Shown here: in pieces, positions 13,401-26,696 of the stretch
Layout of the letters: every line of letters begins with the position of its first letter
Position numbering within the stretch: position 1 is the first letter of the stretch
Assembly: GCF_006345805.1 (NCBI RefSeq)
Contig: NC_043017.1
Span: forward strand, 2,728,001 to 2,792,000
Direction: 5' to 3'
Origin: Octopus sinensis
Lineage: Eukaryota
DNA length: 64,000 nt
Translations under genes and position numbers: made by a program
The notes under the pieces: model-generated
Told to the model about the DNA's origin: nothing
Database searches by the model: none
Seen by the model: the letters and a program-made list of their open reading frames with translations, nothing else

Positions 13401-13524
13401 GATTCTTACTCAAATAAACTGGCTCCAGCATAATCAAGCAGATAAGGATTTTGGAAATGAACTGCATGGGCAAGGTTTGATTGTCTAATTGGGACATAGC
13501 AATAGAGAATCAGAGAGTTTGAGG

Positions 13525-13990
13525 GTTAATCCTTTCATTACCAAATTCCTGCCAATTCATTACCAAACACTGCCTTTCATCATCATCATCACCATCATCC
13601 TTTAGTATTTGTTTTCCATGCCGGCATAGGGTTTGATGGTTTGACTAGTGCTAGCAAGTTGGAGAGCTGTACCAAGTTCCAGACTGATTTGGCATGGTTT
13701 CTACAGCTGAAGGCCCTTCCCAACGTCAGCCATGTTCCAATGTGTGCTGGGTGCTTTTAACATGGCACCATTTCTAGTGCTCCTTTTTTGCACACCTTTT
13801 GTTTCAATTAATTTTGGTAATAACGAAGAATTTACTTAAAATAACTTTATCCATTATTAAACTGAAATTTAGGACATAAATTAAAATGGAATTTTTTCAG
13901 AAGGTTTTAGTTTAATTCTCTTTAGAATTGGGAGTTTGTATCATAGGTCCATGAATGGTCTTGAGCCATTCGGTATTAAAAGGGTTAGGC
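13525..13990. mobile_element. TTAA-type MITE interrupted by a family E element (13577-13790)
   Basis: Ends ttaatcctttcattacc / ggtattaaaagggttag are imperfect inverted repeats; body matches 28666-28890 reversed. Confidence 0.55.
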
Positions 13991-15459
13991 TGGTGCCAAA
14001 TTGGTTCAGGACAAAGTGTCCTGAACAGACTGAGGTAGAGCAGGGTGACTTTAGCGGAATGAGTCGAGTCAGGATGACTCGAATAAACAGAGTGAGGAGA
14101 ACAAGGTGACTCTGGCTCAGTGTGAGTCAGGACTCTGATAGGATAGAAGTGGAATGACAGATTGATTAAGGCTCTACAAATGAATAAATGATTGATTGGA
14201 AAGACTGCTGTGAGAGGAGAGAGAAAAAAAAACACATTGGAATCTTGAGAACTTTTAATAATGTAAAAGGGTAATTTAATTTATAATTTGTGTGTGTTAA
14301 ATATTTTCTTTTTCAAAAGTGGAGGGGGGGGGGAGATTCTTTTCTTTTTTTTTGTTGTTTTCGTAAATAAAAGTTTTAATAAAGAAATGAAATTGAATGA
14401 TAAAACAATTGAGATAAGGAAGGAAGGACAAAATTAATGAAATATATTTTTAGAGAAGACATTTTTTTTCTTTCTTTTTTCTTTTCTTTTCTTTTTGTTT
14501 TTTTATTTAATCCGTAAAGGAAAATTAGAATTCTAAAACAAACACCAGAAGTACAGAAATAGCAGTGAAAGGTTTTTGTGAGTTGAGGGCTGAGTGATCG
14601 TGGGGAAGGAAATATGAGTGAGGGGGGGGGGTGGAAGTAGAAGATTAGGAGGGGGAGGAGGAGGAGGAAAGTAATGTGTGAGGAGAGGTAGGAGGAGGAA
14701 ACCTTTTCATTCTTATCTATTCACATAAACATACATATACAGAATCGTATGCACATACATAGATAGAAATACAACACACACACACACATGCACACATTCT
14801 CTTTCATATATACCTTTACAAAGAAATACTGTTTTGAACACACACACACACACAAATCATTCTGTTGTAATCTAACCCTACACATGCGCACAAACACACA
14901 AAGAGCTTCAACATGGCCAGTCACCCTGCTGGAAATAACAGCCAAATGTTCATCAAATTAAACCTTTATTGTCTTTCCCCTACAAAGGGCACATTAGGTT
15001 ATGTAACCCTGCTCCATACCCTTGATGGTTCTCTGTCAGGATTCACCCAGGGTTTAACCTGCAGCGGTGACAGCAACAACTACATACATTGAAATAAAGA
15101 GGAGCAAAGGTAACACGATAGATCAATCAACATCGAAGGTTTGCTGTTACGTAAATAGAGGTGCCTGCTTCTTGGACTTTATTCTAAATCTGGTTCCTTG
15201 TTGTTGCCAGAATAATAAAGCCTGTAATTTGGTTTGAAAGGACTAATTAATGACTGAGTAATTAAGTGTTATATGACGAAGGGACCAATCTCATTGTACG
15301 TAAAGCAAGTTGGTGGAATTGTTGAAGGGTCAGGGGTAAAGGCATATGACCTGGTGGTTAGCGGGTTTGGCTTGTGATTGCAAGGTCGTGAGTTCAATTC
15401 TCTGGTGTTATGTTGTGTTCTTGAGCAAGACACTTTATTTCATGTTACTCCACTCCACT

Positions 15460-15955
15460 TTTCACTGGCACGGGGTCCTCTCACTTCTCACTGTGTAGGT
15501 GCCTCTCCTCACTGGCACAGAGGCCTCTTGCTTCATACTGGCACAGGTGCCTTTTATATGTCACTGGCATGGGTACCTCTTGCTTCTTGCTGGCACAAGT
15601 GCCTGTCATGTGTCACTGACCTGGGTGCCTCTCGCTTCTCATTGGCACAGGTGCTTCTCACTGGCATGGGCGCCTCTCCTCACTGGCACAGAGGCCCCTT
15701 GCTTCACACTGGCACAGGTGCCATTTATATATCACTGGCATGGGTGCCTCTCGCTTCTTACTGGCACAGGTTCCTGTCACATGTCACTCTCACCCATGCC
15801 TTCTGTGTGCGTCACTGGCACTAGTACCTCTCGCTCCTCACTTGTATGGGTACGTGTCACTAGCACACGTACCTTTTACATGTCATTGGCATGGGAAGGC
15901 TTTCTACATGTCACCAACACTGGTGTCCTTTTAAGAGTCACCAGCACGGTAATAT
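15460..15955. repeat. ~21-bp degenerate tandem array (tcactggcacaggtgcct...)
   Basis: Roughly twenty repeats of a cactggca motif, related to the internal repeats of family E; follows a family C head at 15340-15455. Confidence 0.8.
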
Positions 15956-16817
15956 GAGCATATAAACATTACGTGTGGCCACATAATCTGCACACTAACG
16001 GGTTAATCCATTACCTTGTTCAACTCTGGCCCCTAATCCTTACTTTCCTTGCAAACATCCAGAACAGTTTGAGCTTAACTTCCTTTCTTATGAAGAAGCA
16101 ATTAAAAAAAAACTTTTGGGGGGGGGTTGGTATCTTTTTGGTTGAATTGAAATCAGCAAATAACAATTATGCACTGCATGCAGAGTAGCTGTTGGGCAGC
16201 AGCTGCTGTCAGCAGTGCAACGCTGCACACATGTGTGCATGTGTGTGTGTGTCACTTTCTGATACCTATTTACAGCCAAGGTAGACTTGGTGATTTTGAG
16301 AGTTTAGGGTTCAGCTGGGTCTTCTACAAACACCAATGTGCTTCCCATCTCATTTCGTCCTCCTCCTACTCTCCCCCTTTCCCCTCTCACACCCACTCTC
16401 TATCTATCTCTCCCTCTCTATCTATCTCCCTCTCTCTCTCTTACCCACTCTCTCTCTCTCACCCCCCCTCTCTCTCTCTCTGTAAACAATTGTCACATTT
16501 ATAAAAGGACAAAAAAAATACCCTTTTTTTGTTTTTCACTTCTGAATTTCGGATTTCCTTTCCTTGTCATTCTTCTTGTTGTTCTTATTGTCTCCCATCC
16601 TTGTCCTTTCGTTATTATTATTATTTTTCTCTCATCTTCTCTTTACCTTTTTTTGTCTTTTCCTTATGTACATTTCACAATTTCTTTGAGTAATTATTAA
16701 GGAGTAACGACAGTAATAAGAACAAGAAGAAGAAGAGAAGCATTTAAATTGATTCTTGTCTTGCAATAATTATTTATGACCTTTTCGTAAAAGTTTAATT
16801 AGTTTCATTTTACTACC

Positions 16818-17382
16818 ACCACCACCACAGCTGTTACTACTACTGCTACTACTATTACTGTCACCATTTCTACTAACACTGCAACTACCAATATCTCTGC
16901 AATTACCACCATCACCACTACTATGAGTACTACTACCAACACTGCAACCATCGACAGCACCATCACTACTACTACTACTACTACTACAGTCACCACCGCT
17001 ACTACCACCACCACTCCTACTACCACCACCACTACTACCATCACCACGGGCGCCAACACTGCAACCCTTCACACTATTACCACTACTACTACTAACATTT
17101 CTACTCACACTGCAACCATTCATACTACCATGACCACCACCACTATTACCACCACTACTACTAACACTACAACAACCATTCACACTACTGCCACAACTAC
17201 CACTACTACAACTACTGCTGTTACCATTTCTACAAACACCGCTACTAGTAGCTCTAGTACAACTACCACCACCACTGACATCGCTACTACTACTACCACC
17301 GCAGTCACAACATCACTGGTACCACTGCTATTTACCATTACCACAATTGTCACTATATCCTCCACCGCTGCCACCATCACCG
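16818..17382. repeat. (ACT/ACC)n trinucleotide low-complexity tract
   Basis: Directly visible; source of the poly-Thr ORF. Confidence 0.9.
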
Positions 17383-18648
17383 TTCTGTCTCTCCTTTGCT
17401 GACAACAACAACAACAGCAGCAATAACGAAGCTCACAGCAATTTAAATGAAAAAAAAAACACTTTTGTTTTAAAATAACTTTTGTTTTTGTTTTTCTGTT
17501 TTTATTTAATCAAATATTTTTATTTTTTTTATTTGGTTTCAGTTAATTTATTTTTTTCTCTCCTTTTATTTAAAAAAAAATTTTTTTTAATCATTTCCTT
17601 GCTCAAATCTTCATCCTCATTTCCTGTCTGCCTCAAACACACACGCACACACATGCATGCACATACACACACATACACACAGATATGCATACATACACAC
17701 TCACACACATATGGATATGCACACATACACATGAATACACACACACACACATGGATGCACACACGTGCGGATACATACATACACAGATAGGCACACATAC
17801 CCACGGATACACATGCACACATGGATGCATACGCACACACACACACACACACACGAATACACACATACACATGGATACACACATACATAAGCACATAGAT
17901 ATGCGCACACACACACACACACGAATACACACATACACATGGATACACACATACATAAGCACATAGATATGCGCACACACACACACCCCTTCTGTCTCTC
18001 TGTTATGCTTTTTCTATCTCCCCCCCCACACACACACTCTCTCTCTCTCTCTCTCTAGCAGTCTCACTCTCACTCCCTCATACATTGTCTCTTGCACTCT
18101 TTCTCATTCTCTCTTGCTCTCCCTGTCTCTCTTACACACACACGCACACATTATGTCTGTCTGTCTCTCTCTCTCTCACACACTCTCTTTATCACTCTCT
18201 CCTTTTTTCATACAAACACTCACTCTCTAGCAGTTTCGCTCTCACTCACACACATGCACACACACATACATTGTCTCTGTCTCTCGCACTCTTTCTCACC
18301 CTCTCTTACTCTCTCTCTCTCTCTCACACACACATACACACACACACACACATGCACACCTTGTGTCTGTCTGTCTCCCTCTCTCCCTCTCTCCCTCACC
18401 TCATATACCTAAACCCCTCAACCACACACATTTTGTTCAGCCAACCTGTCATGGTTGATGTTACAGTATGTGACGTAACCAACATGACTTTTACATCTGC
18501 TAGAAATAGCAGCAAAACCTCCTTCAAATCACCTCCACCCCCTTGCATAAGATACACATAGAATGGTTATAGCTGATCCAGAGTTGATCTCCTCCCCATC
18601 ATATCCTGCTACATCCCACTTCTCTGTGACCTAGTTAACCAGGTCATG

Positions 18649-19040
18649 GAGTTTAATATGAGTTGATCAAGATGTAAAGTTTATAAGCAATATATACAGT
18701 GCTTATAAACTTTACCTTTGGATGGACTCATATTAAACTCTGTTGGACTTTTGGATTTTACTCAAAGGATATTGGAATATTACACATATATACCATTATG
18801 CCTATAAAACGGATTTATGAACTCAATAACCATACATATCTTACATCTATTTTCTTTCCTCCACCTCACTCTCTATTTGTATCACATCGAAACTAACTAT
18901 GACTTAATTTTTCCTCTCACACCGTCTCTGATGAAGGAATATTATTAATTAATATCCTAGAAACAGCTGTAAGACCTTCTATCTAAAAATGCTCTAATAT
19001 CTATACAGCCTTGGTATTTTATCTCATTACACAAAAAATT
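18649..19040 (+). mobile_element. Penelope-like pseudo-LTR remnant with 5' fold-back
   Basis: Inverted repeat 18649-18689/18700-18740 followed by a hammerhead motif at 18924-18975. Confidence 0.65.
18924..18975 (+). ncRNA. Minimal type I hammerhead ribozyme motif
   Basis: GTCT-CTGATGA-stem II (agg.atatta/taatat.cct)-GAAA-CAGCTG palindrome-GUA-AGAC; stem I GTCT/AGAC pairs. Confidence 0.75.
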
Positions 19041-19184
19041 CATATGTACACACGCTGACATAGAACCAACGTTGAACCCTTTATTCGCAATATTACCGAA
19101 TCTGGAACTTAACTGTGGTCTGTCTATAGCACTTATTCAGCATTACCTGACATCTTTGGGTCTCAATGGCACCATTATCTCTTA

Positions 19185-19950
19185 TATGTATATGTATATA
19201 TATGTGTATATGTATATATATGTGTATATGTATGTATATGTGTATATGTATATATATATATATATGTGTATATGTATATATATATATATGTATATATATA
19301 ATATATATGTATATGTATATATATGTGTATATGTATATATATGTGTATATGTATATATATGTGTATATGTATATATATTATATATGGGTTATATGTATAT
19401 ATATATATATATATATGTGTATATGTATATATATATATATGTGTATATGTATATATATATATATATGTGTATATGTATATATATATATGTGTATATGTAT
19501 ATATATATATGTGTATATGTATATATATATATGTGTATATGTATATATATATGTGTATATGTATATATATATATGTGTATATGTATATATATATATGTGT
19601 ATATGTATGTGTATATGTGTATATGTATATATATATGTATATATGTGTATATGTATATATATATGTATATATGTGTATATGTATATATATATGTATATGT
19701 ATATATATATGTATATATGTGTATATATATATGTATATATGTGTATATGTATGTATATATGTGTATATGTATATATATATGTGTATATGTATATATATAT
19801 GTATATATGTATATATATATGTATATATGTATATATATATGTATATATGTATATATATAAGTATGTGTATATATGTATATATATGTATGTATGTACGTAT
19901 ATATGTATATATATATGTATGTGTATGTATGTATGTATGTATATATATAC
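19185..19950. repeat. Expanded (TATATG/TGTA)n microsatellite abutting a SINE A head (19950-20108, minus)
   Basis: Directly visible; SINE A head acgatgggcttctttcagtt...cttaccactcagcc follows. Confidence 0.9.
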
Positions 19951-21106
19951 ACCGACATACACATACGATGGGCTTCTTTCAGTTTTCCTCTATCAAATCC
20001 ACTCTCAAGGCTTTGGTCAGCTCAAGACATTTGCCCAAGATGACACACACTGGGACTGAACCCGAAATCCTGTGGATCAGAAACAAGCTTCTTACCACTC
20101 AGCCGTGCTCACAAATGCGGTTTGAATGTGTCAAATGTGTTGGCTGTCAGTAATTACACACAGATTCCTTGTGTGTGTACGTATGCATGCGTGTATGTGT
20201 GTGTGTGTGGTTCCACTTATGTCTGCTGTTGTGTGCAACCTCATGCAAAAATATATATATATGTGTGTGTGTATGTATATATATATATACATATATATGG
20301 AAAGCGGACGCTAAATGATGATGATATATATATATATGTATATATGTATGTATGTATGTATATGTATGTATGTATATGCATGTATATGTACGTATGTATG
20401 TTTGTGTGTATATGTATGTGTGTATATGTATGTATGTATATGTATGTATGTATGTATATGTATGTATATATATTTGTGTATATATATGTATATATGTATG
20501 TATATATATTTATATGTATATATATGTATATGTATGTATATATATATATATGTATATGTATGTATATATATATATATGTATGTATATATATAGATGTATA
20601 TATATATATGTGTGTGTGTATACATGCAGCTTCAAATGAGACACTCGTTAGTTACATCGTTTAATATGATAATAATGAGCAACGTGTATTCTAGGTTCTA
20701 CAATGTAAGATAATCTTTGCATTTGCTGATGTTGTTTGTCTGAGAAATTTACAGATGCTGATCATTCTTCAGGTGAATGACCAAATTCCGACGGAGAGAT
20801 AACTTTCCGAAAGTTCTTTCTGGCATCGGCATTGTTATCGGTTAATGAGCATCCTTCTTGAGGCTGTATTTTCTTTTCTTTCTTTTTTTCTTGTTTTGCT
20901 TCACCTTTTACAAAGAATTCTGTCCTTGACACAGCATTAGGAAATCAAAAAATAGCAAGTATTTCTTAAGATTATGCATATAATAATACTTCTTCAGATG
21001 AAGAAGTATTGTGTTTGTGTATGTATATATATATACACATTTGTTGTGTGAGCATGTACTAGTATAAATATACATCCCTCTCATTCCCTCTCTCTCTCTC
21101 TCTCCC

Positions 21107-21149
<43 letters not shown>

Positions 21150-21207
21150 CACGTGTGTGTATTTGTGAGCATAGATTTGCAGAAATATACATCTCTCTCT
21201 CTCTCTC

Positions 21208-21257
<50 letters not shown>

Positions 21258-21393
21258 TATCTACTATTTATTATTTAGTATTTTATTTAGTTGTAGGTAA
21301 ATGTTTTATCGTACCTTTAATTTTTTTCTATATGGTATGATTTAAGTATATCGTTGTTGAATTGCTACATGGTGGTTCTTCTCTAATTTATAT

Positions 21394-21445
<52 letters not shown>

Positions 21446-21503
21446 GTATATGTATGTATGTATGCAATTGTTGTGTGTGAGCATAGACTAATATAAATAT
21501 ACA

Positions 21504-21541
<38 letters not shown>

Positions 21542-21594
21542 ATATGAGAGAGAAGTGAGACAAAGATGTGAATATGTGTAGATATTTCCAGATA

Positions 21595-22206
21595 TCTATA
21601 GACTGAGGATATGTACCGAGGGTTATGAAAATCAAACAGCCGGTCATAATGGAGTTTGGAGTGACCACTAGTGATGGCGACATTATACCTCCATTCATCT
21701 TCCCACATGGCCTTAGACTCAACACAGAGACCTACATCAAGTGCCTGGGGGAGATAGTGCTGCCTAGGGTTAAGCGGCTGGCTGCTAGAAGACCCAACAT
21801 CTGGTAACAAGATTCTGCACCATGCCACACATGCATGAGAATCCCGCCATGGCTCTCAGACAATTTCTTCGACCACATCACCCCTAACATCTAGCTACCT
21901 AATTTCTCAGACTGCAACCCCCTTAATTATTATGTGTGAGATCAATAAAACTCCTTGTCACACCAAAGATTAACATAAGGCAAGGAATATATCAGCATTC
22001 ACCAACATCCAGAAGAGTTGCAGAAGATTCCAAAGTCGTCTGGAGGCCATGGTTGAAGCCAGTGGCAATTTTAGTAAATAAATTTGCTCATTTGTATCTT
22101 AAGATATTTTTATGTAATTTTGCTAAATATAGCTGTTAAAATGAGATGTCAGTGTTATTTATATTTTTGTATAATTTAGACGACAGTTTATTCACCGCAC
22201 CCTGTA
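21595..22206 (+). mobile_element. Tc1/mariner DD37D (maT) transposon, 3' remnant with right TIR
   Basis: Translates KIKQPVIMEFGVTTSDGDIIPPFIFPHGLRLNTETYIKCL...QDSAPCHT...DCNPLNYYV with 37 residues between the second Asp and the mutated third; in-frame stops; TIR gacgacagtttattcaccgcaccctg-TA. Confidence 0.9.
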
Positions 22207-22223
22207 TGTATGTATGTATATAC

Positions 22224-22264
<41 letters not shown>

Positions 22265-22267
22265 TAC

Positions 22268-22480
22268 TTTTACCTTTTACTTGTTTGTCATTTGATTGCA
22301 GCCATGCTGGAGCACTGCCTTAAAGGGTTTTAGTTGAAGAAATAAACCTAGGGACTTACTCTTTGCAAGTATTTATTCTGTTGGTCTATTTTGCTGAACT
22401 GTTTAGTTATGGGGACATAAACACACCAGCAATGGTTGTGAAGCAGTGGCGGAGTACAAACAAAGACACACACATAAATA
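22268..22480 (-). mobile_element. SINE family A 3' half
   Basis: ttttacttgtt...gccatgctggagcactgcc...aaacacaccagc. Confidence 0.8.
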
Positions 22481-23361
22481 CATGCATATATGTATGTATA
22501 TATGTGTGTATGTATATAAATATATGTGTATATGTAACTATATATATACTTGTTTGTTTATATATACACACTGTGTGTATTTGTATATAAGTACACAGGT
22601 GTGTGTGTGTGTATAAATATAGATACAACAGTACACTATGTGTGTATTTACATAAATATCTAATTATGCATGTCTAAGAACATGCATACATATGTGTGTG
22701 CATGCCTGCATGCATATGTTTGTCTGTGTGTGTGTGTGCGTGTATGCAACTGCATGCATGCGTGTGTGTACTTATCCAAATTGATATTGTCTCTTTGTGT
22801 TCTCTATAGAAACACACTTGAGCAGGATTTAACATTCAATAGTTGTTACCATTTTCCCATTTGCTCTTCTTCCACTGTCTTCATTGTTCTTTCTGCCTAT
22901 TGTTGAAATCTATTTTAAACATCTGCTTTTTTCTTTCTCCGCGTTCTTTCCTCTCTAATGTATAAAAAGAATCTGATTTTGTCTACCGTTCCTCGGTGGC
23001 ATCTGTTGTTGTTTATTAATACATCTCCTCCTGATGATGAGTCTTCGATACAGAAACCAATTCCATTTGTTTACATGCCTCTACAGTTCTTGTTTTTGGT
23101 GGGGTTTTTTTTTTTTTTGTCTTAGACTTGCATCCTATGAAATCTGTGTGCAAAGTGGTTCGAATAATTACAAGAGATTGCACGCTAATTCTAGAAAAAA
23201 TACTTCAAACAGGATACAAATATTATATATATATTAGTAGGAGAAATAGTGATCTATTTGGCTGCTATTTCTAATATTTTCGGTATGTGGTTTTGAGCAA
23301 CTTGTTGCAATTAACCCTTTATTATAATTAATATATATATATATTTCTTTTTTTCCTTCTG

Positions 23362-23550
23362 TTCTTTTTACTTGTTTCATTTGTTTAACTGCGGCCATGC
23401 TGGAGTTGAACAAATATCAACCCCAGGACTAATCCTTTGTAAGCCCAGCACTTATTTCATCGGTCTCTTTTGCCGAACCGCTAAGTTACGGGGATGTAAA
23501 CACACCAGCATCGGTTGTCAAGCGATGCTGAAGACACACACACACGCACA
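23362..23550 (-). mobile_element. SINE family A 3' half
   Basis: cttgtttca...gcggccatgctggag...gccgaaccgctaagttacgggg. Confidence 0.8.
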
Positions 23551-23681
23551 AACATACACACACACACACACACACAAGGGGGTGGGTGTGTACATTTGCA
23601 AACTATTACATAAATAATATTAAACCTATTTCAGTCTATATTCTTCTAACAATCTGTCTATCCATATATATATATATATAT

Positions 23682-23990
23682 GGAGGCACAATGGCCCAGT
23701 CGTTGGGGCAGCAGACTCGCGGTCGTAGGATCACAGTTTTGATTCCCAAGCCGGGTGGTGTGAGTGTTTGTTGAGCAAAAACACCTAAAGCTCCACGAGG
23801 CTCCAGTAGGGGCTGGTGACGATCCTTGCCGTACTCTTTCGCCACAACTTTCTCTCGCTCTTTCTTCTGTCGGCCTGCTCGCTTAGCCAGCGAGGTGGCA
23901 TCATTTGTAGGCTAAAACAATGCAAAGCGCATTGTGACCAGCAATGTGTAGCAACATCTGATAGCCTGGTCGGTCACGGTGATCACAGTG
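23682..23990 (+). mobile_element. SINE family B2 (B head, different tail), within (TA)n
   Basis: Head ggaggcacaatggcccagt...ctttcgccacaactttctctc shared with B; tail gcattgtgaccagc...ctgatagcctggtcggtcacggtgat shared with 60888-61050. Confidence 0.85.
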
Positions 23991-23992
23991 AT

Positions 23993-24042
<50 letters not shown>

Positions 24043-24779
24043 GCATTGTATGTGTAAATTAAAATTTTTTAAAAATTGATGTGAAAATATATTTACGAGA
24101 AAAAAAAACAAGACAACATTCAGAAATGTGTAAAAAAAAATATAAAAAAGGACTTTCGCTTCAATTTATGAATATGCACTCAATTTATTTTTGCTGTGTC
24201 ACAAAAAAAAAAAACAAGCAATGAAAACAAACAAAGCACACGGCAGTTTGTCCCTGACACGTATTTTAATGCAGTTTTGCACTTAACTGCTTTCTAACTG
24301 CAATTAATTCATATTTGTAACATCCAGAAACCTCTCAGACCTGTTTTTCTTTTAATGGCTTTTTTTTTACAGTGTTTTTTAAATTATTATTATTATATTA
24401 TTATTAATTCTGTTTTCAATATTTCATTCTCCTCCTCCTTCTCCTCCTCCTTGTTTCCCCTGCTGACTTATCTCTTCTCCTCACATCTAAATCTGCCCCC
24501 TCTCTCTTTCTCTCTCTCTCTCTCTTTCTCTACTACTACTACTACTTATGACTTCCTTGGCTCCTCAAACCGTCACTCTTATGTCAACCGACCTGCTCCT
24601 CCATTTATCATTTTCTCCTCCCCCTCCTGTCTCCCAACCTTTCAATCCTCACTGCATTAGCGATCAATTAGGAAGCCAGTGTGCGTATATATATATATAT
24701 ACGTATGTATGCATGCATGTATATGAACATGTGCATGTATATGCACAGACATGTTCATGAACACTAACACACACATACA

Positions 24780-24820
<41 letters not shown>

Positions 24821-25319
24821 GTACACACATACATGTACACTTGCGCAACTGCACTCATATTTATTTAAATGCTATCATATCCTAATGTAATATAATGTAT
24901 CACTTGAGCCCCTTGGGAGTTTCCAAGGGTTAGAGGCTTAGATCTGGTTACATAATGTTGAGTGGATAACATCCTGTAGAGAGGGCCTTGCTTTATCACA
25001 ACTAATATATTCACTGTGACATTCTGATGAATTATTTCCAACATGGTTTTCCGTTCTTTTTTTTCTTTTGTTCTGTAAAGAATACCATTTATTTGATGGT
25101 TCGTTAAGCTATTTATCTTGACCAGTCAATTGATTGGCAAAGATACACTCACCTCTACTTTAACACATGGTCAATTAAGTTGCTAGAAACAGCAGCCAGA
25201 TCCCTCTTAAATTACAAGTCTATCTTTGCGTAGATCGAATATATTTGGAGATAAGAAAAACCTCTTGTTACTTGGTACCAGGCCCTTTGTCTTTGGAGTT
25301 ACTTGGTTATCTTGCCAGG

Positions 25320-25618
25320 GGTGGCGCTATGTAAAAAGCATCCAGTCCACACTGTAAAGTGGTTGGTGTTTGGAAGGGCATCCAACTGTAAAAACCAAGC
25401 CAATGCAACCCTAACCAATGTTGGTGCAACGTAAAAAGCACTCAGTCCAATCTGCAAGGTGGTTGGCATTAGGAAAGGCATCCAGCCATAAAAACCATGC
25501 TGAAACAGAGAATGAAGCCTGGTGGAGTCACCTGGCTCGGTAGTTCCTGTCAAACCATCCCACCCATGCCAGCATGGAAAGCAGACATTAAATGATAATG
25601 ATGATGATGATGATGATG
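25320..25618 (+). mobile_element. Family E element (RTE-related), duplicated internal motif, (GAT)n tail
   Basis: Two ggttgg(t/c)...ggcatcca motifs, cccatgccagcatggaaagcagacattaaat(gat)n. Confidence 0.8.
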
Positions 25619-25884
25619 AAGGAAAAAAAAGAAAGCTAGATTGGTTACGGTTAAAATACCTGTTTCTATCAGAATCATCTTTGAGCTCTTTGGAAATTGA
25701 AGTGGATTATGGAGAGATGGAACCAATGTTGTATTGTGATGTATCAGTTTTTTTCTCTCTCCAATTTTCTACATGACAACAAAAAAATAGGCCTCTTCCA
25801 GTTTTGTTGTTACAATAATTCAGAAGCCGTTAGGAGTGCACGGTTTGTAAGTACTGGCCAAAAGCAATAACATGGCAAATGCTA

Positions 25885-26260
25885 CCCATCTATCCATCTT
25901 TTCTTTTCCCTTTTCCTGAGAAGGTTATGGGAGATGGTGTATCCTCAGGCACCCACTCTATGGGGGGTGCTGGAGGACTGTAACCCCATGATCCTATCAG
26001 TGGAAACTGCAGCTAGACTTTCTGGCTGGATTCCCATTTATGACTAATTGAGACTCCGGATATTACTACCTATCCATCAGATTTGGCTTGAAGAATCTGT
26101 CTCGCAGTTCTTTACTGTGGCATCCTTATCACATGTCCATTATCCCGGTGCCTGTGACTTCTCAATGTAGAAAAGTAGCATATTGACCTGGAGAGACTCC
26201 TTGATCCCCAAGTTATGCACCCTGTTGAATAACATTACTCCAGAGATCTTCCATGATAAA
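25885..26260 (-). pseudogene. RTE-clade LINE 3' fragment (ORF C-terminus), decayed
   Basis: Minus strand gives VHNLGIKESLQVNMLLFYIEKSQ/GHVIRMPQ*RTARQILQAK, resembling the RTE 'GHV.RM...R.AR' region; gatg/gata-like tail near 25885. Confidence 0.7.
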
Positions 26261-26325
26261 AAATATGTTGGAGGGTTGTATGATATAGAAAATTTGATGT
26301 ATATTTATAATAGAGATATATATAT

Positions 26326-26515
26326 AGGCACAGGAATGGCTGTGTGGTAAGTAGCTTGCTTACCAGCCACATGGTTCTGGGTTCAGTCCCACTATGTGGC
26401 ACCTTGGGCAAATGTCTTCTACTATAGCCTTGGGTCGACCAAAGTCTTGTGAGTGGATTTGGTAGATGGAAACTGAAAGAAGCCTGTCGTATATATATTT
26501 TTGTGTGTGTGTGTG
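26326..26515 (+). mobile_element. SINE family A 5' half
   Basis: ggcacaggaatggctgtgtggtaag...gaaactgaaagaagcc. Confidence 0.85.
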
Positions 26516-26696
26516 AATTTTGATTCAGATATAGTTGTATCTAATGGCACATGAATCAATGTCTTCTTTGTTGTCTCCCTTCTTTGTTGAACCCCAGATC
26601 ATCAATGTGAGCAGACTTAGAATCAGAACTTTGCAGCTGTAACTTTTCCCTTGTTTATTCTTGACATAGTGTATATAAAACTACATAATCCGAGTA

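Noticed and set aside
15148-15222. Minus-strand acceptor with short reading frames; minus donors near 31365 and 32612
   Set aside because: Isolated splice-like motifs are expected by chance and no coherent gene model results
16770-17402. Mucin-like poly-Thr and Gly/Ser ORFs (also 12.1, 28, 43 and 58 kb)
   Set aside because: Trinucleotide low-complexity DNA open in several frames, with no splice or domain support
20762-20925. Minus-strand coding-looking stretch VKGEAKQEKKKEKKIQPQEGCSLTDNNADARKNF
   Set aside because: No recognisable homology, weak acceptor, no linked exons
23031-23072. CTGATGA-stem-GAAAC hammerhead-like core
   Set aside because: Stems II and III can be drawn but there is no stem I partner
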